From a virus (Duplodnaviria; Caudoviricetes), in IMG/VR virus record IMGVR_UViG_3300015050_000934, positions 1 through 35,117 of that record: a stretch of 35,117 nt of DNA; one strand, written 5' to 3'. The notes below the pieces were generated by a model. That model saw nothing but the letters and a program-made list of their open reading frames with translations, had not been told where the DNA came from and did no database searches. Positions within the stretch are counted from its first letter, which is position 1, and every line of letters starts with the position of its first letter. Shown one piece after another: positions 15,664 to 21,393 of this stretch. The translations under genes and the position numbers were made by a program.

Positions 15664-16174
15664 GTTTGCATCCGTCCCGCCAAGCCATGAGGAAGCGGAA
15701 CTGATGGTTTCGCAGTTGCAACAGGTTCTGGCTCGTCGCGCATCCAGCGAAGAGGCCGCAGAGGTTGGTTTTGACGCCTACGTCCATTGCCTTCGCCGTC
15801 ATCCGATGGACGTGGCGCAGGCCGCAGTTATGGAACTGGCAAACGAGCCGCGAGTGGGTAACGCCGCCGCGTGGTTTCCGACATTGCCGGAACTTGAGGG
15901 CGTTTGCCGCAAGTACGGCGGCGACCGGGAGGCCATGCTAGAGGGCCTTCGTGGTTGGAGCGAGCCTAAGCCCGAGATGGTTGAGGTCCGCCGGTTAGAG
16001 CAAGAGTGGAAAGCCCTACGCCAGCGAGCAAGCGACCTAAACATGAAGGTCGGGCCGGGGCCAGCGACAGACACCGGAGCGCGCGGCGAACGATTGGCCG
16101 CAGCCCATGATGCCGAACAGAAATCTATGGCCGCGCGTGAAGCCTACCTAGCGGCAGAGAAGGCGCTTCAATGA
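15332..16174 (+). CDS. Hypothetical replication-module protein (helicase loader position); start uncertain
   Basis: YVHCLRRHPMDVAQAA...WFPTLPEL resembles loader/inhibitor-type proteins, follows the initiator. Confidence 0.6.
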   Translation: MERLSPQSILNAVGLSGETQNTSLTPQRGSTRGVGLTSQEAAKARAWLGTRKPSETDQAIRHSLTSQLGVSVNVNREWRYPEGKPPYQVTTSAGIQAQSLDNVRVAIGKVEFASVPPSHEEAELMVSQLQQVLARRASSEEAAEVGFDAYVHCLRRHPMDVAQAAVMELANEPRVGNAAAWFPTLPELEGVCRKYGGDREAMLEGLRGWSEPKPEMVEVRRLEQEWKALRQRASDLNMKVGPGPATDTGARGERLAAAHDAEQKSMAAREAYLAAEKALQ

Positions 16175-16223
16175 AGCCCGACCGGGCAGCACACCAACGC
16201 CAGCAACTTTTAAGGAGCCTGTG

Positions 16224-16421
16224 ATGACAAATACGAACCTTAATCTCGAAAGACACGACGGGTCGTCTGTAGATGTCTGGGTTCCATATTCAGCCCGTCA
16301 GATGATCGAACACCTTTGGCTGGACCGCCATCTAGTCGAGTACCCCGACTTGACACCGGAAAGCGCCGAGACCCTGAAGCGAGAAATGTGGACCTCGCTT
16401 AACCGCGCCGGACTGAAATAA
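16224..16421 (+). CDS. Hypothetical protein (65 aa)
   Basis: AAGGAG RBS. Confidence 0.7.
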   Translation: MTNTNLNLERHDGSSVDVWVPYSARQMIEHLWLDRHLVEYPDLTPESAETLKREMWTSLNRAGLK

Positions 16422-16434
16422 TGCAGATAGTGGG

Positions 16435-16483
16435 TTGACGTGGTGTAACCGTGGCGTATTGTGGTGGGACCAACAAGGGAGAC
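16435..16483 (+). promoter_or_regulatory. Promoter with CAACAAGGGAGAC leader (copy 3)
   Basis: TTGACG-N16-TATTGT with direct repeat CGTGG(T/C)GTA across the spacer. Confidence 0.65.
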
Positions 16484-16488
16484 AGCAG

Positions 16489-16611
16489 ATGCGTTACGGC
16501 CTTATCAACGACCAGACCGGCGAATGGGCACCCGAGGCGTTCGACACGTTCGGAGAGGCTTCGGACTATTCGCAGAACTTTGGCCCTGAGTGGCGGGTCG
16601 AGGCCCTTTGA
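16489..16611 (+). CDS. 40-aa acidic microprotein MRYGLINDQTGEWAPEAFDTF... (not in ORF track)
   Basis: GGGAGA RBS, TGATG coupling. Confidence 0.7.
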   Translation: MRYGLINDQTGEWAPEAFDTFGEASDYSQNFGPEWRVEAL

Positions 16612-16784
16612 TGGCCACCAAGCGTAAACACATCACCATCCGCCCCCGCGTGAACAGCGACCTAGAGCGCATCCACGAAGAGCGGCGGAAAGAGTTTCCG
16701 GACCTGATTCACAGTTGGGCGAGCCAGTTTGCCGAAATGGCAGCGGCGTCCAGCAAAGGGGAGAAAACAGATGAAGATAGCTGA
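16611..16784 (+). CDS. Small protein, possibly ribbon-helix-helix
   Basis: MATKRKHITIR beta-strand-like start followed by helices. Confidence 0.5.
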   Translation: MATKRKHITIRPRVNSDLERIHEERRKEFPDLIHSWASQFAEMAAASSKGEKTDEDS

Positions 16785-16947
16785 ACTGATTTTGAGCGCC
16801 CTAATGGTGCTTGTCGGGCTTGGACTTGTTTGGGCCTACGCCAACGACGGAAAGGCCCTGCTCGCCGTTTCTTGGGCTGGCATAGCCGCCCTGAACTTTG
16901 CCAATGCCGCCCTTAAAGGTGTCGTGGTTTGGGTGGAGCGTTCGTGA
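16771..16947 (+). CDS. Small two-TM membrane protein
   Basis: GGGGAG RBS, two hydrophobic helices. Confidence 0.7.
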   Translation: MKIAELILSALMVLVGLGLVWAYANDGKALLAVSWAGIAALNFANAALKGVVVWVERS

Positions 16948-17156
16948 TGGACGACAGATCAACCTTTACCGACCACCGCCGCGAAGCCGCTATGGCTACC
17001 GGAGACACAGACGCTTCCTATCGCGGATGGGACTTTTCCAACGCCGTTGACGACGTGCCTATGGTCATCCGGGCGCTGGCCGAAATCTGCCGCCCTCGCA
17101 GTCTGGTTATCTTTGCGGTTATGGGTGGTGTTCTCTCGCTGTTTTGGCTTTCGTGA
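16947..17156 (+). CDS. Hypothetical protein with C-terminal TM
   Basis: TGATG coupling at both ends. Confidence 0.6.
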   Translation: MDDRSTFTDHRREAAMATGDTDASYRGWDFSNAVDDVPMVIRALAEICRPRSLVIFAVMGGVLSLFWLS

Positions 17157-17374
17157 TGAGCGACTATGGCGATATGTGCCGGGACATTCGGGACGCGCGC
17201 CGTGATGCGAGAACAGCCCGCGGCGTTCCGTGCCCGCGCTGTGCTGAAGTCCGGCCAAAGGCGCACCCGTCGATCTTGCTGCCAGAGCAGCGGTGCAAGG
17301 TGGACGGCTATCGTGACCCAAGGCCGCGCACCCGAGAAACTGAATATCTAACACGCGTGGAGGAATCCCAATGA
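17156..17374 (+). CDS. Small Cys-containing hypothetical protein
   Basis: CPRC motif, coupled. Confidence 0.65.
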   Translation: MSDYGDMCRDIRDARRDARTARGVPCPRCAEVRPKAHPSILLPEQRCKVDGYRDPRPRTRETEYLTRVEESQ

Positions 17375-17778
17375 CTGCCTCTGACCTGAAAGAAGGGGGT
17401 TCACTCCCGGCTGCGCCGTCCGTACCTAGCGAGGGCCGCTGTTCGTCCTGTTCTCACTGGTCCAACGCCGAAGCGGATTGGCAGTTTGACGAACTGGTCA
17501 TGGGCCGGTGCGCGGCGATCAAGCAGCGCGAAAACATTATCGCGCCTGCCCGCGAGGCGTTCTCCGACGATTGGGACGCGCAAGAGGCCGAGGAGGGTCG
17601 TCTGCTGAAGGCCGAGAAAGCCATCGCGGTTGATGGGTCAGGATATTACGCAGCCATCCGAACCGCGCCTGACTTCGGCTGCGTTCTCTGGGCTACCACA
17701 GCCCCCGAAACGGTATCGGTGGGTATCGGCCCCTTGGCCGATGAACCAAAACACCACGCAAAGGGAGAGGCGGAATGA
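17371..17778 (+). CDS. Cys-motif hypothetical protein; cargo between sites D and C
   Basis: CSSCSHW...GRC...TAPDFGCVLW, GGAGG RBS. Confidence 0.75.
   Translation: MTASDLKEGGSLPAAPSVPSEGRCSSCSHWSNAEADWQFDELVMGRCAAIKQRENIIAPAREAFSDDWDAQEAEEGRLLKAEKAIAVDGSGYYAAIRTAPDFGCVLWATTAPETVSVGIGPLADEPKHHAKGEAE
17398..17431. repeat. Cassette-boundary site D: GGTTCA-CTCCCGGCTGCGCCGTCCG-TACCTAGCG
   Basis: Similar to site A, inverted partner of site C. Confidence 0.6.
17717..17747. repeat. Cassette-boundary site C: CGGTGGGTA-TCGGCCCCTTGGCCGA-TGAACC
   Basis: Same arms and length as site B with a different self-complementary core. Confidence 0.7.
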
Positions 17779-17990
17779 GCGCGAAACACAAACGTGCCGC
17801 ATGGGGGTTAGCGGCGTTCGCTTGCGCCCTGACACTGTTCTGGTGGGCCGCATGGCGCTTTCACGCCCTCCACGGTTGGACCGCCTTCCCCATCGGCTTC
17901 ACGGGCGGCGCGATAATCTACGCCCTCGGCAGCATCTGCATATTCGCGGCGGTCGATGTCGCGGACGACAAGCAAGAGCACCAACCATGA
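17775..17990 (+). CDS. Small two-TM membrane protein
   Basis: ATGA coupling, hydrophobic helices. Confidence 0.7.
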   Translation: MSAKHKRAAWGLAAFACALTLFWWAAWRFHALHGWTAFPIGFTGGAIIYALGSICIFAAVDVADDKQEHQP

Positions 17991-18346
17991 CCACACCATT
18001 ATACGCAGAGCCGGTCGCCTGCCAGAAATGCGGCGGAGAGATTCAAGGCTGGGTCTGTCAGGATTGCAATCAGGCGTTCCGCGAGACCGATGACGGGAGG
18101 CTGATATTTGACCTCTACGCCGCAGCAGCCCCCGCACCAGACGGGATGCGGGAGGGGATTGCGAGGATAGTTGACCCGGCGGCTTGGCAACACCGGGACC
18201 ACCAAATCAAACGCATTTCCGAACTCAACTGGCCTGCCGACGAAGACCGGCAAAGCGCCATCGCGAGCGCCGACACTTATGTCATCGCCAGCAAGTTGAG
18301 AGCCGACTCCATCCTCGCCCTTCTAGCCGGGGGAGAGGGACGGTGA
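17987..18346 (+). CDS. Hypothetical protein with N-terminal zinc ribbon
   Basis: CQKC...CQDC, ATGA start. Confidence 0.65.
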   Translation: MTTPLYAEPVACQKCGGEIQGWVCQDCNQAFRETDDGRLIFDLYAAAAPAPDGMREGIARIVDPAAWQHRDHQIKRISELNWPADEDRQSAIASADTYVIASKLRADSILALLAGGEGR

Positions 18347-18456
18347 CCGGCAAAGCCTCTATAGCCGTAAGGCTCGCTCTGGTTCTGGCAGCGGTTGCCT
18401 ATACAGTGTGGTTCTGGACTTCCCTGATAGGATTTGGAAGAGGGCTTTTCGGATGA
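18343..18456 (+). CDS. 37-aa membrane peptide
   Basis: GTGA and ATGA overlaps, single TM. Confidence 0.55.
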   Translation: MTGKASIAVRLALVLAAVAYTVWFWTSLIGFGRGLFG

Positions 18457-18848
18457 CCGCAGCAATCAAGTTCAGGCAGCACATTCCGTCTTTCGTTGAC
18501 GTTCGCGAGCCGATTCCGGTTCAGGAGTTTGCCTCTGTTGAGGCGCTGCTTTCAAGCCTTAAATCTGACTGGTCCGGTCAGACCTTTCATCGCTGGTCCC
18601 GCGACGCCGACTACATCATGGGCGAATGGGACGGAGGGTTTCATTGGTGGGTCATGGGCCGTTCAGACGCCGATCTAAGCTCTCTTCCGAAATGGGAGCC
18701 TGTCTATCTGGCACTTATAGACGGTGAAGAGACGCGGCTGACCCGTTCGGACGTTCGTTCATCATGCGGAGACAATCTGACACTTAGCGACGGGCGCGTT
18801 GTTCCTGACGCCACCAGAATCAAAAAGGCCACCACGAACGACGGGTAA
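18453..18848 (+). CDS. Hypothetical protein (131 aa), last gene of the rightward arm
   Basis: ATGA start, converges on the spanins. Confidence 0.7.
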   Translation: MTAAIKFRQHIPSFVDVREPIPVQEFASVEALLSSLKSDWSGQTFHRWSRDADYIMGEWDGGFHWWVMGRSDADLSSLPKWEPVYLALIDGEETRLTRSDVRSSCGDNLTLSDGRVVPDATRIKKATTNDG

Positions 18849-19122
18849 GCCGCTGGTTCTCAACCCCAACCGCGTCGCAAATCTCAATGACGGTGTTAGC
18901 CCGATTGTTCGCCTTGTCTGTATCGCCGTGGCGAGCATCGGCAACCGCGACCCAAGAGCCGATAAGGTTCTCTTCGGGGGGTGGGGTTACCGGAACGTCA
19001 GCGCGAAGGGACGGGCCGATCAGCTTGCTGCAATCCATCGCACTTTGGATGGTTGTCCCGCACCCGGCGACAGTAAGCAATCCAGCCCCTACGGCCAGCC
19101 TCGCCAGCGTCTTGCTCTGCAT
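18820..19122 (-). CDS. Outer-membrane spanin (Rz1-like lipoprotein)
   Basis: Signal peptide with lipobox LTVAG-C, Pro-rich segment, overlaps the 3' end of the i-spanin. Confidence 0.75.
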   Translation of the reverse strand: MQSKTLARLAVGAGLLTVAGCGTTIQSAMDCSKLIGPSLRADVPVTPPPEENLIGSWVAVADARHGDTDKANNRANTVIEICDAVGVENQRLTRRSWWPF

Positions 19123-19381
19123 TGTCAGCCCCTTCGATAAAGTCCGCATTGGACTTGGTTTGTGCATCCGTAGCCGCATCCCGCTCGTAACGCCCCTCAG
19201 TGGCGCGCACAGCGGCGCTACCAGCGTTTGCGGCCCCTGTAGCCACCTTGGCCTCTGAACGGGCTACAGCAGCGTCTCTGCGGCTTTGGCAGTATGCGAG
19301 CGTTAGGCCGAGGAAGATCAGGACGACGACGATAGCGCCGATCTGGACGATGCGGGCAGCGGTCTTATCGAGGCCGAACAT
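18998..19381 (-). CDS. Inner-membrane spanin (Rz-like)
   Basis: N-terminal TM, Ala-rich coiled coil, C-terminal cysteines, downstream of the endolysin. Confidence 0.75.
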   Translation of the reverse strand: MFGLDKTAARIVQIGAIVVVLIFLGLTLAYCQSRRDAAVARSEAKVATGAANAGSAAVRATEGRYERDAATDAQTKSNADFIEGADNAEQDAGEAGRRGWIAYCRRVRDNHPKCDGLQQADRPVPSR

Positions 19382-19548
19382 CAGGCCTTCCCAACGAGAA
19401 GGGAGAAAATGGAGAGGGCCAACGCAACCGCCGACGCGGCCAGAGAAAAGTACGAAACGCGGCGAGCCGAGCGCGCGAGTCGGATGGCTTCTTGTGCAGA
19501 GTTGGCGGCGCTTTGGGTTGCCGCCGCTATTCGCTGATAAATATCCAT
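19381..19548 (-). CDS. 55-aa membrane protein MDIYQRIAAATQSAANSAQEAIRLARSARRVSYFSLAASAVALALSIFSLLVGKA (not in ORF track)
   Basis: TGATG coupling to the i-spanin, C-terminal TM. Confidence 0.6.
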   Translation of the reverse strand: MDIYQRIAAATQSAANSAQEAIRLARSARRVSYFSLAASAVALALSIFSLLVGKA

Positions 19549-19579
19549 CTTGAGAGACTAGCACATATAGGCTAGAAGG

Positions 19580-19734
19580 GTAGTGCGAGCGCGTAAAGGT
19601 GGTCGGCCCGAAAGCGGACTACTCCCTCTGCCGCCACAGAGGTTCTGGCGGGAATAGCGCGCTCGCATACATTCTTCCCGCGTGGCCACAAGCCGGGTAG
19701 GCCCTTCAGCTTCGGTTGGAGGGCCTTCTCGTTT
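19580..19734 (+). ncRNA. Candidate structured RNA antisense to the lysis cassette
   Basis: 10-bp closing stem, inner stems with G-U pairs valid on the plus strand, 3' cUUCGg hairpin, upstream TTGAGA-N17-TAGAAG. Confidence 0.45.
19699..19734 (+). terminator. UUCG-capped terminator hairpin
   Basis: AGGCCCTTCAGC-TTCG-GTTGGAGGGCCT followed by TCTCGTTT. Confidence 0.6.
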
Positions 19735-20270
19735 CAGGCCCGATTCAGCAACCAGCCGTGCAGGAAATCCTCATTGGCCCCGCGCCCTTCGGCAAGCGCC
19801 ACATAGCGAGCGCCTTGGAGGGCGTTCAGGCCTTTCAGCAACACTTTGTCAGCATCCGGCCCGCGTTTGGAGCGGTAGGCTTTCAGGGCCTTCAGGGTCG
19901 CTGGGCCTACATCGCCGTCAACCTTAATGTCAGCGTAATCGACGCCTTGGCGGTTAAGGGCGTTTAGAAGCCGCTGGAGGAAGGTTGAGCCTACGGACGG
20001 CCCCATGTTCACGCCGGTATCAAGAAGCTCCTCAGCGACTGCCGGAGACTGTTCTGCGATAGCCGCATAACCGGGGGCTTCCCAATACTTCGCCCGATAG
20101 ATCGCTTTGGCTTCCTCGCGCGGCATGGAGCGCATTGCGCCACGGTAGCCATTAGAGCGAGCAACAGCCGCCGTAATGCCCCACATGGTTTCGCCGCCCC
20201 GATCAGACGGGTGATTGCTGTAAGCGCCCTCTTTGCCGATGAGGGATTCAAGAATCTGGTCTAGGCTCAT
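19734..20270 (-). CDS. Endolysin, glycoside hydrolase family 108 with C-terminal peptidoglycan-binding domain
   Basis: KEGAYSNHPSDRGGETMWGIT, DTGVNMG, VDGDVGPATL, FLHGWLLNR. Confidence 0.93.
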   Translation of the reverse strand: MSLDQILESLIGKEGAYSNHPSDRGGETMWGITAAVARSNGYRGAMRSMPREEAKAIYRAKYWEAPGYAAIAEQSPAVAEELLDTGVNMGPSVGSTFLQRLLNALNRQGVDYADIKVDGDVGPATLKALKAYRSKRGPDADKVLLKGLNALQGARYVALAEGRGANEDFLHGWLLNRA

Positions 20271-20271
20271 A

Positions 20272-20478
20272 TCAAACGTCCGTCGTGGTTATAGTCGGAG
20301 GGCCGGTTTCCGTCGTGGTGGTGACCTTGCCGCCCCCTCGCGCCATCCAGCCGCCAACGGCCCCCACCGCCGCAGCAGCCACCGTCTCGCCGTCACCGTG
20401 GATGATAGCCGCCACGCCGATGACGCCTAGCACCAGAAGGCCAGCAATGGCCGTTACGTCGATGTGCAGATCATTCAT
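20272..20478 (-). CDS. Putative holin (two TM)
   Basis: Two hydrophobic helices, immediately upstream of the endolysin. Confidence 0.55.
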   Translation of the reverse strand: MNDLHIDVTAIAGLLVLGVIGVAAIIHGDGETVAAAAVGAVGGWMARGGGKVTTTTETGPPTITTTDV

Positions 20479-20666
20479 CAGGTCAGCCCCAACACATTAG
20501 AAATCTTTGGAAGCAGCAACGTCAGAACGACGCCTGCCCCGACCGCCGCTCCCATTTGCCAGCGTTGCAGGGCCATGACCGCAACCATCTGCTTTTCAAG
20601 GTCTATCACCCGGTCAGTCAGCCTTGCTACTCGGTCGGCTACCACGGCTGGCGTCGGGCCGCTCAT
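20478..20666 (-). CDS. Small coiled-coil plus TM protein (holin/antiholin-like)
   Basis: Coiled coil then C-terminal TM, in the lysis cluster. Confidence 0.55.
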   Translation of the reverse strand: MSGPTPAVVADRVARLTDRVIDLEKQMVAVMALQRWQMGAAVGAGVVLTLLLPKISNVLGLT

Positions 20667-21157
20667 TGGTGAGCATCCGCAACAAAAGGCAGACCCCGGC
20701 GACTAGACAGATAAGCGCGAAGCCGATCCAGACCATGACCCACTCCGACACACCCAAGAGCCAGAAGCTGAACGATGAAAAACGCGTTGACCGCAACAAC
20801 GTACAAATACAGACCGTGTTGCGTCAGCGCGCTCAACTTCCACATGGAAATTGCTACGACGTGTAGCATAAGTTGCGCCACAAGCGCACCGACCATCACG
20901 ACCTTCCAGCTTTCGCGGCTTGCTAGCCACGCCCGGTAAATCATAACCGCGAGGAACGCATCTAGTATCGGCGCGGCTAGAATGACCTCTGGGAAGCCAT
21001 ACAGGGCCACCAACAAGTTGTTGATGACAAAGACCATAGACAGTAGCGCGCTGACGCCCATTAAGTCAGCGTACTTCTCGGGCTTGGACCTGTAGGCCAA
21101 AAAGCAGACGACAAAGACCGCGACAATCGCCGCCGTGTACGCCAGCATCAGGCTCAC
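20663..21157 (-). CDS. Multi-pass membrane protein (~5 TM)
   Basis: Alternating hydrophobic helices, GTGA and ATGA overlaps. Confidence 0.75.
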   Translation of the reverse strand: MSLMLAYTAAIVAVFVVCFLAYRSKPEKYADLMGVSALLSMVFVINNLLVALYGFPEVILAAPILDAFLAVMIYRAWLASRESWKVVMVGALVAQLMLHVVAISMWKLSALTQHGLYLYVVAVNAFFIVQLLALGCVGVGHGLDRLRAYLSSRRGLPFVADAHQ

Positions 21158-21393
21158 GGCTTCACCGGGGCATCTGGGTCGTTGACCGGGGGCTTGTCGG
21201 TGCCGCCACTAAACGCGACGATATTGTCGCCGTCGCGGGACGCCACATAGGCTTTTTGAGCCTTGTCCAGCCGGGCGTGGAGGATAGCATGATGTTCCTC
21301 AACCAGCTTGAGCGCCTTGCGGGTCGCCTTGACGGCTTCCTCCGACTTCATCAATGCGCGCCCGATGGCGTCGATATGCTCTTGAGCCGTCAT
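21154..21393 (-). CDS. Hypothetical protein (79 aa)
   Basis: ATGA overlap with the tailspike stop. Confidence 0.65.
   Translation of the reverse strand: MTAQEHIDAIGRALMKSEEAVKATRKALKLVEEHHAILHARLDKAQKAYVASRDGDNIVAFSGGTDKPPVNDPDAPVKP

Noticed and set aside
5718-17747. GGTTCA-containing sites as CRISPR repeats, dif sites or classical attC sites
   Set aside because: They are not a regularly spaced direct array and do not match the XerC/XerD or RYYYAAC/GTTRRRY consensus. Kept as an unexplained motif instead.
19580-19670. Twister or pistol ribozyme, or tRNA, identity for the structured element
   Set aside because: The conserved catalytic-core and T-loop nucleotides could not be matched by eye.
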